In this document: positions 34,665-44,379 of the stretch, in pieces | How positions within the stretch are numbered: the stretch's first letter is position 1 | Layout: each line of letters opens with the position of its first letter | DNA from: an uncultured candidatus Brocadiaceae bacterium | GTDB taxonomy: Bacteria > Planctomycetota > UBA1135 > UBA2386 | Direction of reading: 5' to 3' | NCBI GenBank assembly: GCA_964469555.1 | Contig: CAYYAQ010000003.1 | Location: forward strand, 17,982-81,981 | Length of the DNA: 64,000 nucleotides | Translations under genes and position numbers: made by a program | The notes under the pieces: model-generated | Databases searched by the model: none | What the model saw: only the letters and a program-made list of their open reading frames with translations | Told to the model about the DNA's origin: nothing

Positions 34665-37060
34665 ACCGAGCACGGGATCAAGGTTCCCGCGACTTCCAAC
34701 TCGTAGCGACCGCTCGTTACGAACTCACGATCCACTCCGCGTTCGTTTCGGATGTAACCGAGACCGATGGGCTTCCCGATGGTGTACCCAAACCCACCGC
34801 TCGTTAGCCAACCGACACGCTCGCCGTTTCGGACGATCGTCTCGCGACCGAGCAGCACGACCTCCGGGTCGTCGACCGTGAAGTAGACGAGGCTCTTGTC
34901 GACGCGGTCGCCTCGCTTCTCGAGGACCTCCCTTCCGCAGAACGGCTCCTCGCTCCCGAGTTTCACCGCGAACCCCAACCCGGCCTCGAGCGGCGTGTAA
35001 TCCGGGCTGATGTCCTTGCCCCAGATCTTGTAGCCCTTCTCGAGCCGGAGGGATTCGATCGCGCGATACCCCGCGTGTCGGATCCCAAACGCCCCGCCTG
35101 CCGCCAAGATCGCGTCGTAGACCCGTAGCGCGGACTCCGTCGGCACGTGAAGTTCCCAACCAAGCTCGCCGACGAACGTGACCCGCATCGCCAGGACATC
35201 TACGCCCGCGACTTCGATGTCTTGCCAGGTCATGAATGGGAACGAGTCATTCTCGAGATCGTTCGAGGACACCGTGCGGAGCAATTCCCGTGAGCGTGGT
35301 CCCATGACGCCGAGCACTGCGCGCTCCTCGGTCACGTCCACGAGCCGCACGTTCTGCCCGTCCTTGCATCCGCTGCGGATCCAGTGCGCATCATGCGTTG
35401 CGTATCCCGTCCCAGTCACGACGTAGAACTCTTCTTCAGCCAGACGTGCCACCGTGAGATCGCACTCGATGCCCCCGCGGCGGTTCAACATCTGCGTGTA
35501 GGTGATCCGTCCGACCGGCTTGCGCACGTCGTTCGCACAGATCCACGAGAGAACGTCCTCCGCATCGGGTCCGGACACGAGGTACTTCGCGAACGACGTC
35601 GAATCGAACAACGCCACGGCTTCGCGCGCCGCGCGGTGCTCGTCGCCGACGTGAGGGAACCAGTTCTGGTAGCCGTAGGTGTAGTTGTCCGCGGCGTCGA
35701 CTCCCTGAGGTGCGAACCAGTTTGCGCGCTCCCAGCCCATCTTTTCGCCGAAGCAGGCTCCGGCGGCCACGAGGCGGTCGTAGAGCGGTGACTTGCGCCG
35801 CGGACGCCCGACCTGGTGCTCCTCGTGGGGCCATGACATCGTGTAGTGGCGGGAGTACGCCTCCAGCGTTCGCTCTCGCGCCCAGTCCGCATCCCGGTGG
35901 TGTTCGCCGAAACGCCGTATGTCGACCGGCCACAGGTTCGTGGATGGCTCACCCCCGACGATCCACTCTGCGAGTGCCTTGCCGGCACCGCCCGCTGCAG
36001 CGATGCCGAACGCATTGAACCCTGCGCCCACGAAGTAGTTCTTCACTTCGGGAGCTTCTCCCAGGATGAACGTGCCGTCGGGAGTGAACGCCTCCGGTCC
36101 GTTGATCAGCTGGCGCACACCGGCGTTGCCGAGCGCCGGCATGCGCGTGAACGCCTGCTCACCCAACGTCTCGAAGTGATCCCAGTTCGGATCGATCAAC
36201 TTGAACACCCAGTTGGTCGGGATGCCGTTCTTGGCCCACGGAATCGGATCGAGCTCGTAGCCGCCCATGATGATGCCGCCGACCTCTTCCTTGAAGTAGA
36301 CCAGCCGATCCGGGTCGCGCAGCGTCGGGAGATCGGGTTTCACTCCATCGATGGGCTCCGTCACCATGAACTGGTGTTGCACCGGCTGGACCGGGACGCT
36401 GACACCGGCGAGTGCGCCGACTTCGCGAGCCCACATCCCCGCGCAGTTGACGAGGATCTCGCACTGGATCTCGCCCTGCGATGTTCGGACGCCCGAGACC
36501 GCGCCGTTCTCGAGGTGGACCGCCTCGACCGCGCAGCCCTCGATGCTGACGACGCCCACGTCTCGTGCGCCCTTCGCCATCGACCGCGCCAGATCGCTCG
36601 GACTGACCTGGCCATCCGTCGGCAGGAACGCCGCGCCGACGAGATCGGAGATGTCCATTAGCGGCCAGAGCTCGAGCGCTTCCTTCGGCGACAGAAGGTG
36701 CATCTCCAGTCCGAAGCTGCGGGCGGTTGTCGCCTGGCGGCACACTTCTGTCCACCGCTCCGCGTTGCAGGCGAGACGCAGTCCGCCGTTCTGACGCCAT
36801 CCGGTGGCTTGCCCGGTCTCCTCCTCGAGCTTGTCGTAGAGTTCGACGCTGTACTTCAGCAGCTGCGTGATGCTCGCCGAGCTGCGGAGCTGTCCGACGA
36901 GTCCCGCCGCGTGGAACGTCGATCCGCCGGTCAGCTGCCCACGCTCGAGGATGACGACGTCGCGGTGTCCCAGCTTCGCCAGGTGGTAGCCCACGCTGCA
37001 CCCCACGATCCCGCCTCCGACGATGACGGTCTGCGCGTGGGAAGGTAGTGGCGTGCTCAT
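34616..37060 (-). CDS. FAD-dependent dimethylglycine/sarcosine-dehydrogenase-family oxidoreductase fused to GcvT-like folate-binding domain
   Basis: Start at internal ATG 37060 (814 aa), in ATGA overlap with the upstream HAD gene. TVIVGGGIVGCSVGYHL dinucleotide fold, GGSTFHAAGLV, and a C-terminal aminomethyltransferase-like domain (VALFDSTSFAKYLVSGPDA..., GYRAIESLRLEKGY). Confidence 0.85.
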   Translation of the reverse strand: MSTPLPSHAQTVIVGGGIVGCSVGYHLAKLGHRDVVILERGQLTGGSTFHAAGLVGQLRSSASITQLLKYSVELYDKLEEETGQATGWRQNGGLRLACNAERWTEVCRQATTARSFGLEMHLLSPKEALELWPLMDISDLVGAAFLPTDGQVSPSDLARSMAKGARDVGVVSIEGCAVEAVHLENGAVSGVRTSQGEIQCEILVNCAGMWAREVGALAGVSVPVQPVQHQFMVTEPIDGVKPDLPTLRDPDRLVYFKEEVGGIIMGGYELDPIPWAKNGIPTNWVFKLIDPNWDHFETLGEQAFTRMPALGNAGVRQLINGPEAFTPDGTFILGEAPEVKNYFVGAGFNAFGIAAAGGAGKALAEWIVGGEPSTNLWPVDIRRFGEHHRDADWARERTLEAYSRHYTMSWPHEEHQVGRPRRKSPLYDRLVAAGACFGEKMGWERANWFAPQGVDAADNYTYGYQNWFPHVGDEHRAAREAVALFDSTSFAKYLVSGPDAEDVLSWICANDVRKPVGRITYTQMLNRRGGIECDLTVARLAEEEFYVVTGTGYATHDAHWIRSGCKDGQNVRLVDVTEERAVLGVMGPRSRELLRTVSSNDLENDSFPFMTWQDIEVAGVDVLAMRVTFVGELGWELHVPTESALRVYDAILAAGGAFGIRHAGYRAIESLRLEKGYKIWGKDISPDYTPLEAGLGFAVKLGSEEPFCGREVLEKRGDRVDKSLVYFTVDDPEVVLLGRETIVRNGERVGWLTSGGFGYTIGKPIGLGYIRNERGVDREFVTSGRYELEVAGTLIPCSVHTAPLYDPGMTRARA

Positions 37061-37782
37061 GGTTGTGCTCCGATGTCGGTGATGACCCAGCCCTCGTCGA
37101 GAGCGGTTCGTCGAAGGGCATGATCGGGTTGGATTGCCCACTTGATGTCCTGGCTGAGTCGCAACATCTCGACGTCGAGCCCCGAGTTGCCGGCTGCGAG
37201 AAACACCCCCGCGCACCCGGCGTCTCTCAGCCTCTGGGCCTTGCCTTCGCCGTACGTGGGCACGCCGGAGTGGCGACCGGTGAACCGACCGTCCGCGTCC
37301 ACTTCGAGCTCGAGCGCGAGGATCCGGTCCGGGAGAACCGGCAGGTGCCGCGGCAGCGGGTCCAGCACGATGCGCGGCGTTCCCGAGACGACGAACACGT
37401 CGAAGCCCAGGTCGTCCAACCACGAAATCGCGTCCACGACCGATTGGATCCACGCACGGCTTCCGGCCTCCTGCCAGAACGTGGAGACGTGCTGGCGAAT
37501 GGTGGCATCCTCGATTCCGGTGTAGAACCGCAGGATTTCCAAGCAGCCCGCCGCGGGGTCCGACGCGTTCGTCGCGACGTAGTCACTCCACAGAGCGCCA
37601 TCGAAGTGCCCCTTCTGGATCATCCATTGCACGAAGTCCTCGGACACGTCGCCGCTCCAGAGTGTCCCGTCGGCGTCGAAGACAGCTGCGCACGGTCCGC
37701 GGTGCGAAGAAAGCCGAAGGAGGGCGTCTGGAAACGTGGCTATTTTAGAACCTCGAGGATGTTGGAGTAGTCGTCGGTCCAC
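37057..37782 (-). CDS. HAD-IB (SerB-like) phosphatase-family hydrolase
   Basis: Motif I AVFDADGTLW, motif II VVSGTP, motif III GEGKAQRL...AAGNSGLDVEML. GTG 37782 is the only canonical start, giving a 43-nt overlap with the upstream gene. Confidence 0.7.
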   Translation of the reverse strand: MDRRLLQHPRGSKIATFPDALLRLSSHRGPCAAVFDADGTLWSGDVSEDFVQWMIQKGHFDGALWSDYVATNASDPAAGCLEILRFYTGIEDATIRQHVSTFWQEAGSRAWIQSVVDAISWLDDLGFDVFVVSGTPRIVLDPLPRHLPVLPDRILALELEVDADGRFTGRHSGVPTYGEGKAQRLRDAGCAGVFLAAGNSGLDVEMLRLSQDIKWAIQPDHALRRTALDEGWVITDIGAQP

Positions 37783-39983
37783 GTGCGCCTCTTTGGGTCT
37801 TTTTTGATCCAGAGCCAGCGTTGATCGGCTTCGATCGGTCCGAGGTCCGGGGCGCGGCGGGCGAGGACGACGTACTTCGTCTTTGTCTTCTTTCGCTGGA
37901 TCTTATCATCCTCGTCGATCACGCTGTCGTTCCGCGCTGCCGCGACGAGCCCGAGGTCCGCCGCGATGCCAGCGAGGACAGGCGTGAGTTGCAGGTATCG
38001 GTTCGTCACGTGGAAAGCGAGGATGCCGCCGGGCGCCAGCCTCTGTAGGTACAGTTCGACCGCCTCCTTGGTGATCAGGTGGACGGGGATGGCATCGGAA
38101 CTGAACGCATCCAGGATGATCGCCGTGTAGGTCGTGCCGGTCTTCGCCAACTGAAGGCGCGCGTCGCCGATGAAGAAGTCGATCTCGGCCTTGCTGTTCT
38201 GGATGTTCGTGAACAGCTCCGGGTTCGTGGCGATCTTCACGACTTCAGGATCGATCTCGTAGAACGTCATCTTCCAGCCCTCCCGCCCCGCGGATGCGAG
38301 CGTCCCGCTGCCGAGGCCGACGCACGCGAGGTGAATCGGGCCTGGTTTCTGGGCCGTAGCGGTGAGGATGTCGCCGATCGGTCCGGTCTTGGTGTAGTAG
38401 ACGGTGGTCTGCGACGCCCAGGGTTCCTGGGTGTACTGGCTGCCGTGCAGGGTTGTTCCGTGGTACAGGTGGTGCCAGTACCAGGTTCCGGACTGTTCGT
38501 TTACGACCTTGTAGACGCCGAAGAACGTGCGCTCCCGGTGCAGGCGATCCTCGAGGTTCAGGATCTCCGGCGCCGCGAACAGGATCGAGACCGCGACGAC
38601 GAAGCGCCATCGACCGCTCGCGACGAACAGGCATACTGCCGCCGTTACGAACGCCACCCCGGTTGCGAACGGTTGAGGTTCCATTCCGAAGAACACGAAG
38701 AGAATGAACAGGATCGCGACGACGTCGGTCAGGGTCGGCACGAGCGGGTTCCGAGGCACGGTCTTCCCGTCTTTGTTTGTGCGTTTCCGCGTCGGGCGCA
38801 AGATGCAGGCGGCCACGATCGCGATCGGGTATTCGGCGACCCAGTCGAACACAACTGGGGCGAGGAGGGCGTTGAACACCCCGCCGAGCGCTCCGCCGAC
38901 CGACACCAGCAAATAGAACTCGGTCAACCGGCTCGCGTGCGGTCGTTCCCGCGCCAGGCGACCGTGGCAGGCGAGTGCGATGACCGCGAGCGCTGACAAG
39001 TGCACCGCCGCGATCAAGAGGACTGCTCTCTCGTTGTTCGTGAACTCGGCGGTGATGGCCTTGAATCCGGCTGTGTCCGTGAACGCGGCGGCGATGGGTT
39101 TCCATCCGACTGTCATCACGGTGGCGATCGTCACCGCGACGACGGGGACGAGCGCTTCCATGCCCCGGGTCACCGGGCGTCCCCAACTCGTGAACGCGAC
39201 GACGAATGTCCCCAGATAGATCGCGAGCGGGATGACCCAGAACAATGGCGTGGTCGCGATATCAGTGGTCACGTGCTGAGTGACGCCGAGCATCAGGCTC
39301 GATGGCACGAAGGCGAGCGCGATCCAGAGGAGGCGTTGCTGGACGGAGACTCCGGTCGATCTCGGCTCTTCAGCTTGCTGGCTCGTGGCTTGGGCCGTCC
39401 CGCGGGAGGATGCGAGCCGGCCGCATGCCAGCGCGAGAAGTGCGAACACCCCGAAACCGATTGACCAGCTGTCGAGTTGGACGGGAATCGCCAGATTGGG
39501 CTCCACCAAGAACGGGTATCCGAGCAGCGCGAGCATGCTGCCGGCGTTGCTCGCGGCGTACAGGAAGTACGGATCGGACGCCCAGCGGTGGTTGGTCCCG
39601 GCGAACCACCGCTGCAACAGGGGGCTCGCCGATGCCAGGACGAAGAACGGCGCGCCGACGCTGGTCGCGAGCGTGGTCAGCGCCCAGGCATTTGGTGATT
39701 GGTCCGGTGCCGCGTTCTCTCCGATTCCGATAGGCAGCGTGATCGCTGCGACGACCATGACGCACACGTGCACGATCAACTCGACGCGGCAGCTCTTCAG
39801 CTTCGCGAGCAGGTGTGCGTAGAGGTAGCCGCCGAGGAGTGCGATCTGAAAGAACACCATGCAGGTGTTCCACACGGCTGGACTGCCGCCGAGCATCGGC
39901 AGCAACTCCTTCGCGATCATCGGTTGCACCAGGAACAACAGGCTGGCGCCGGAGAAGATGGCGATGACGAACAGGATCAGCAT
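37740..39983 (-). CDS. Fused polytopic membrane domain / spermidine-synthase-like (class I SAM-fold) protein
   Basis: Start at internal ATG 39983 (747 aa). About 480 aa of TM helices, then an aminopropyltransferase-like domain (VGLGSGTLASAG, FYEIDPEVV, IILDAFSSDAIPVHL, LAPGGILAFH). Architecture is often annotated 'fused MFS/spermidine synthase'. Confidence 0.72.
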   Translation of the reverse strand: MLILFVIAIFSGASLLFLVQPMIAKELLPMLGGSPAVWNTCMVFFQIALLGGYLYAHLLAKLKSCRVELIVHVCVMVVAAITLPIGIGENAAPDQSPNAWALTTLATSVGAPFFVLASASPLLQRWFAGTNHRWASDPYFLYAASNAGSMLALLGYPFLVEPNLAIPVQLDSWSIGFGVFALLALACGRLASSRGTAQATSQQAEEPRSTGVSVQQRLLWIALAFVPSSLMLGVTQHVTTDIATTPLFWVIPLAIYLGTFVVAFTSWGRPVTRGMEALVPVVAVTIATVMTVGWKPIAAAFTDTAGFKAITAEFTNNERAVLLIAAVHLSALAVIALACHGRLARERPHASRLTEFYLLVSVGGALGGVFNALLAPVVFDWVAEYPIAIVAACILRPTRKRTNKDGKTVPRNPLVPTLTDVVAILFILFVFFGMEPQPFATGVAFVTAAVCLFVASGRWRFVVAVSILFAAPEILNLEDRLHRERTFFGVYKVVNEQSGTWYWHHLYHGTTLHGSQYTQEPWASQTTVYYTKTGPIGDILTATAQKPGPIHLACVGLGSGTLASAGREGWKMTFYEIDPEVVKIATNPELFTNIQNSKAEIDFFIGDARLQLAKTGTTYTAIILDAFSSDAIPVHLITKEAVELYLQRLAPGGILAFHVTNRYLQLTPVLAGIAADLGLVAAARNDSVIDEDDKIQRKKTKTKYVVLARRAPDLGPIEADQRWLWIKKDPKRRTWTDDYSNILEVLK

Positions 39984-39986
39984 CGA

Positions 39987-40020
39987 GTGTTTCGGATCAG
40001 AACTTTCCCATCCGAAACAC
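39987..40020. promoter_or_regulatory. Perfect 11-bp inverted repeat abutting the start of the spermidine-synthase-like gene
   Basis: GTGTTTCGGAT-N12-ATCCGAAACAC, 4 nt upstream (minus sense) of ATG 39983. The loop contains GGGAAAG on the mRNA strand (possible SD). Confidence 0.4.
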
Positions 40021-40059
40021 CAGTGTGCGGTCGCGACTCGAAAAGTGCACTGACCATTC

Positions 40060-40096
40060 TTCTTTCGATACCGTGCCTCACACAGTATCGAAAGAA
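40060..40096. promoter_or_regulatory. Perfect 12-bp inverted repeat upstream of the aldehyde dehydrogenase gene
   Basis: TTCTTTCGATAC-N13-GTATCGAAAGAA, ending 20 nt before GTG 40116, in an unusually AT-rich patch. The half-site core TTTCG(G)AT is shared with the 39987-40020 repeat. Confidence 0.4.
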
Positions 40097-40115
40097 AAAC
40101 AGTCTGGGCTAGTCT

Positions 40116-41468
40116 GTGCGCGTGACGCTGATTGTGCGCAGTCCATTCTCCCGAGAGCTCGTCGCCGAGTTGCCGTTCACGTCTGACGACGAGCTGCGGT
40201 CGATCGTTGCGGATGCGCGCGAGGCGCTCTCCGGTTGGCAGCACGCCTCGGTCGCGGAGCGAGCCGCGCCGATCCTCGATGGCTTGCAGCATTTTCGCCG
40301 CCACCGCGACGAGATCGCGCGGGAGATTTCCCAACAGATGGGCAAACCCGTCCGCGAGGCCCTCGGCGAGGTCGATGGGATGCTCGAACGGGCGGAATAC
40401 ATGATCTCGATCGCCGAGGAGTGCCTGGCGGCAGACATCCTGCCCGAAAAGCAGGGCTTCCATCGGCGCATCGAGCACGAACCGCTCGGGGTCGTCCTCG
40501 ATCTCGCGGCCTGGAACTACCCTCTGCTGATCGCGGTCAACGTCGTCGTCCCGGCGCTGTTGGCAGGCAACGTCGTCCTGCTCAAGCACAGCGCGAAGAC
40601 GCCGCTGTGCGCCCGCCACTTCGGCCATGCGTTCCCGAACGTCTCCGTGCTCGTGTTGAGTCACGATCAGACGGCTCAGCTCATCCGTGGGCCGGACCTG
40701 GATCACGTCGCTTTCACGGGTTCGGTCGAGGGCGGTCGCAAGGTTCTTCGGCACGCGGCCTGCTCGGAACGGTTCCTCGATACCGGACTGGAACTCGGCG
40801 GGAAGGACCCGGCCTACATTGCCGCGGATGCCGACCTCGAGTTCGCGGTTCAGAACGTCGTGGAGGGCGCGTGCTACAACGCCGGCCAATCCTGCTGCGC
40901 CATCGAGCGCGTCTACGTGCACCGTGATCTCTACGAGGACTTCCTCGACCGCGCGGCAGTCGAATTACGCGCGTTCGAGCTCGGTGACCCGTTGCAGGAC
41001 TCGACGACGATGGGGCCCATGGCGAGCGCGAGCGCCCTCGGATTCCTCGAGGAGCAGGTGGCGGAAGCCGTCAAACGTGGCGCGCGCGTTCTGCTCGGTG
41101 GCAAGTCGGAGGGACCGTTCTTCCTGCCGACCCTCTTGGCGGACTGCGCGAACGACATGCGCGTCGTGCAAGAAGAGAGCTTCGGCCCGCTCGTGCCGGT
41201 GTTGCCCGTCGACGGCGATGACGACGCGCTCGAGAAGATGAATGACTCACGCTTCGGTCTCACCGCGTCCGTGTGGACGTCCGACCGCGAGCGTGCCGAA
41301 GTGTTCGCCCGCGAACTCCGCGCCGGCACCGTGTTCCAGAACCGATGCGACTACCTGGATCCGGCGCTGCCGTGGACGGGAGTGGGGGACAGCGGCAAGG
41401 GTTCGACCCTGTCGCGCTACGGCTTTTTGCACCTCACGCGGCGCAAGGCGATCCACTTCCGGGAGTGA
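40116..41468 (+). CDS. NAD(P)-dependent aldehyde dehydrogenase
   Basis: 450 aa. AAWNYPL, FTGSVEGG, catalytic Glu LELGGKDP, catalytic Cys GQSCCAIERVYV, EESFGP. Confidence 0.85.
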   Translation: MRVTLIVRSPFSRELVAELPFTSDDELRSIVADAREALSGWQHASVAERAAPILDGLQHFRRHRDEIAREISQQMGKPVREALGEVDGMLERAEYMISIAEECLAADILPEKQGFHRRIEHEPLGVVLDLAAWNYPLLIAVNVVVPALLAGNVVLLKHSAKTPLCARHFGHAFPNVSVLVLSHDQTAQLIRGPDLDHVAFTGSVEGGRKVLRHAACSERFLDTGLELGGKDPAYIAADADLEFAVQNVVEGACYNAGQSCCAIERVYVHRDLYEDFLDRAAVELRAFELGDPLQDSTTMGPMASASALGFLEEQVAEAVKRGARVLLGGKSEGPFFLPTLLADCANDMRVVQEESFGPLVPVLPVDGDDDALEKMNDSRFGLTASVWTSDRERAEVFARELRAGTVFQNRCDYLDPALPWTGVGDSGKGSTLSRYGFLHLTRRKAIHFRE

Positions 41469-41474
41469 GAGGCG

Positions 41475-42254
41475 TCACTCCGGAGTCACGTACGCCGCGG
41501 TGATCCCTCCGTCGACGTTGAACGTCGACCCGGTGATGTACGACGACTCATCGGACGCGAGGAACAGCGCGGATTGCGCCATCTCTTTGGCTTCGCCGAA
41601 CCGACCGATCGGGATGTGCACCAAGCGTCGCTGCTTCTTCTCCTCGGTGTCGAGGAACTTCATCAAGAGCTCTGTGCGCAGCGGACCGGGACAGAGCGCG
41701 TTGACCCGGATGTTCTCGCGCGCGTGGATCACCGCGAGCTCGCGCGTCATCGCGAGCACGCCGCCTTTGCTCGCGGTGTAGGCGAGCTGCGGCGTGGCCG
41801 CGCCGAGCTGAGCCACGAACGACGCGGTGTTGATGATCGATCCGCCGCCGGCGCGACGCAGCGCCGGGATGCCGAACTTGCAGCCCAGGAACACGCCTTT
41901 GAGGTTGACCGACATCGTCAGGTCCCACACGGCTTCCTCGGTGGAGGTGGCATCGCCGTCGTCCGTGTGCATGATTCCGGCGTTGTTGAACACGACGTCG
42001 AGTCGACCGAATGTGGACTCGGCGACCGCGACCATCGCTTCGCAATCCGCGGCGACGGACACGTCGGCCCGCTTGAAGATCGCCTCGCCGCCGGTCGCGG
42101 TGATCGATTCCACGGTCTTTTGCCCCTCGTCCTCGGTCAGGTCGACGGCGACGACGCGCGCGCCTTCCGACGCGAAGAGCAGGGCCGACTGCCGACCGAT
42201 GCCGCTCGCCGCGCCCGTGATCAATGCCACCTTTCCTTCCAGTCGTGCCGTCAT
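41475..42254 (-). CDS. Short-chain dehydrogenase/reductase (classical SDR)
   Basis: Start at internal ATG 42254 (ATGA overlap with the upstream gene). TGAASGIG, NNAG, and catalytic YTASKGG (YxxxK). Confidence 0.88.
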   Translation of the reverse strand: MTARLEGKVALITGAASGIGRQSALLFASEGARVVAVDLTEDEGQKTVESITATGGEAIFKRADVSVAADCEAMVAVAESTFGRLDVVFNNAGIMHTDDGDATSTEEAVWDLTMSVNLKGVFLGCKFGIPALRRAGGGSIINTASFVAQLGAATPQLAYTASKGGVLAMTRELAVIHARENIRVNALCPGPLRTELLMKFLDTEEKKQRRLVHIPIGRFGEAKEMAQSALFLASDESSYITGSTFNVDGGITAAYVTPE

Positions 42255-42958
42255 GAAACTCCTCGGGCCGTGTTCACCAGTTCGTCGAACAGACGTTGTT
42301 GGGTCGGGTCGTCCGCCGCCGTGAGCTCTGGGTGCCACTGCACGGCGAGCAGCCACGGATGGCCCGGCAGCTCCAGTGCCTCGATCGTGCCGTCGGACGC
42401 ATGCGCAACGACTTCAAAGCCTTCCGCGACGTCGCGGACCGCCTGGTGGTGCATCGAGATCGGCTCGACGTCGGTTGCGGCCATGACCTCGGCCAGCCTG
42501 GATCCAGGTCGGACGGTGATGGGGTGGGGGATAGGTCCTCGTTCCGCAGCGCGATGAGACAGCCCGTCGCCGGCGACGTCGGGAAGGTGTTCGATCAACG
42601 TGCCGCCGAACGCGACGTTGAGAACTTGCATCCCGCGACAGATCGCGAGGGCGGGAAAGCCGGTATCGACGACGTGACGCGCGAGAGCGATTTCATCGCG
42701 GTCGCGGTCCGCGTCCACCATGTACACCTCTCGGTGGTCGTCGCCGTCGTAGCAGGAGGGCGAGATGTCGCCCCCTCCGGGGAGGATCATCGCGTCGATG
42801 GTCGTCCACCATTCCTCGAGGCGCGGCTCACCTGGCGGGAGGACTACGGGGATTCCTCCCGCGCGCCGGACCGATTCGACGTACTCCGCGGGCAGCGTGT
42901 ATCGATTCTCTTCGTTGCGACCGTAGGTCGTCAGTCCGATGCGTGGCGCGTTCGTCAT
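42251..42958 (-). CDS. Gamma-glutamyl hydrolase of the class-I glutamine amidotransferase / peptidase C26 type (PuuD-like)
   Basis: IGLTTY..., ILPGGGDI, nucleophile context ALAICRGMQVLNVAFGG, and C-terminal VQWHPE. Start overlaps the stop of the GS-like gene by 1 nt. Confidence 0.82.
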   Translation of the reverse strand: MTNAPRIGLTTYGRNEENRYTLPAEYVESVRRAGGIPVVLPPGEPRLEEWWTTIDAMILPGGGDISPSCYDGDDHREVYMVDADRDRDEIALARHVVDTGFPALAICRGMQVLNVAFGGTLIEHLPDVAGDGLSHRAAERGPIPHPITVRPGSRLAEVMAATDVEPISMHHQAVRDVAEGFEVVAHASDGTIEALELPGHPWLLAVQWHPELTAADDPTQQRLFDELVNTARGVS

Positions 42959-44340
42959 CAGATCTGTTCGAAGTACCGCCGCCGTTCCCAGTCGGTGACA
43001 GTCGCTTCGTAGGCCGCGACCTCGTTGCGGAAGAAGTGGGCGTAGTGTTCGACGACGTCGACGCCGAAGCTCTCACGCGCGAACGCACTGTCCGCAAACG
43101 TGTCGACGGCGGCCCCGAGCGTGTGGGGGACCCGCGCCAGATGCTCCGCCTTGTACATGTCGCCTTCGAACATCGCGGGCGGCTCGGTCTTCTGCGCGAT
43201 GCCATCGAGACCCGAGGCCAGCGACGCGGCGTAGGCCAGGTATGGGTTGCAGTCGGCGCCGGGGATCCGGCATTCGATGCGGAGGCTGTTGCCGCTGCCT
43301 ACGACCCGGAACCCGGCGGTGCGATTGTCGAAGCTCCACGCGAGTCGGGTGGGTGCCCACGAGCTCGCCTGGTATCTCTTGTACGAGTTCACGGTCGGTG
43401 CGTAGAAGACCATCATCTCCGGCACGTGGGCGATCCACCCGCCGAGGAACCAGCGGAACGCGTCGCTGCAGTCGACGGGACCGAGCTTGCCGTCGCCGGG
43501 GAACGCGTTGGTGCCGTCATTCCACAGGCTGAGATGGATGTGGCAGCTCGACCCGGCCTGGTCTTCTGCGAACTTCGCCATGAACGTGACGCTGATCTCC
43601 TGCTGGTCGGCGACTTCCTTGAGGCACTGTTTGTAGATGCAGTGACGGTCGGCCATCGACAGGACGGCCGCGTAGTGGATGTTGAGTTCGTGCTGGCCGC
43701 GTCCCCACTCGCCCTTCGAGTTCTCGACCGGAACGCCTGAGTCGCGGAGGTGGCGTCGGACTTCGCCGTGGAACTCCTCCTCGCGCGCGCCCTGCAGCAT
43801 GTGGTAGTCCTCGATGTACCAGCCGACGGGCGCGAGGTCATGGTGGTTCTTCTCGGCGGCTTCCCTGTAGGAGTCGCAAAACACGTAGTACTCCAGCTCC
43901 GACGCGCCGAAGGCCTCGAAGCCCGAACCCGCGGCACTCTTCAGTTGCCGCCCCAGAATGGACCGTGGAGCGACCGACACCGGGTCGTCGGTTTTCGGAT
44001 CTGCGATGTCGCAGATCACCATCGCGGTCCGGTCCTGCCAACTGACTGTTCGGAGCGTGTCCATGTCCGGCACGAGGTGCATGTCGCCGTAGCCGCTCTC
44101 CCAGTTCGCGTAATCGTAGCCCGGCACCGGGTTCATGCCCATGTCGACGGTCAGCAGGTAGTCACAGGCGTGTGAACCGTCCGCGACCGCAGCCTCGAGA
44201 AAGAACTCGGCGTCGTAACGCTTCCCCATGAAGCGTCCGTAGAGATCGGTGAACACGACGAGCACTGTGTCCACCGTTCCGTTGCCGACGTGCTCTTCGA
44301 GTTCGGACCGCGTGAGCATCCCGTGGGTCTTCATGCCCAC
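42958..44340 (-). CDS. Glutamine-synthetase-family ligase (gamma-glutamyl-amine synthetase, PuuA/GlnA3-4/IpuC-like)
   Basis: 460 aa. GASELEYYVF, NSKGEWGRGQHELNIHY, GSSCHIHLSLW, NSYKR, AWSFDNRTAGFRV, RIECRIPGADCNPYLA: GS type-I catalytic-domain motifs in a non-glnA context. Confidence 0.82.
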   Translation of the reverse strand: MGMKTHGMLTRSELEEHVGNGTVDTVLVVFTDLYGRFMGKRYDAEFFLEAAVADGSHACDYLLTVDMGMNPVPGYDYANWESGYGDMHLVPDMDTLRTVSWQDRTAMVICDIADPKTDDPVSVAPRSILGRQLKSAAGSGFEAFGASELEYYVFCDSYREAAEKNHHDLAPVGWYIEDYHMLQGAREEEFHGEVRRHLRDSGVPVENSKGEWGRGQHELNIHYAAVLSMADRHCIYKQCLKEVADQQEISVTFMAKFAEDQAGSSCHIHLSLWNDGTNAFPGDGKLGPVDCSDAFRWFLGGWIAHVPEMMVFYAPTVNSYKRYQASSWAPTRLAWSFDNRTAGFRVVGSGNSLRIECRIPGADCNPYLAYAASLASGLDGIAQKTEPPAMFEGDMYKAEHLARVPHTLGAAVDTFADSAFARESFGVDVVEHYAHFFRNEVAAYEATVTDWERRRYFEQI

Positions 44341-44379
44341 CTTCTACCCGCACGGGTCCGTCGGGCCAAGCTCAGGCCG

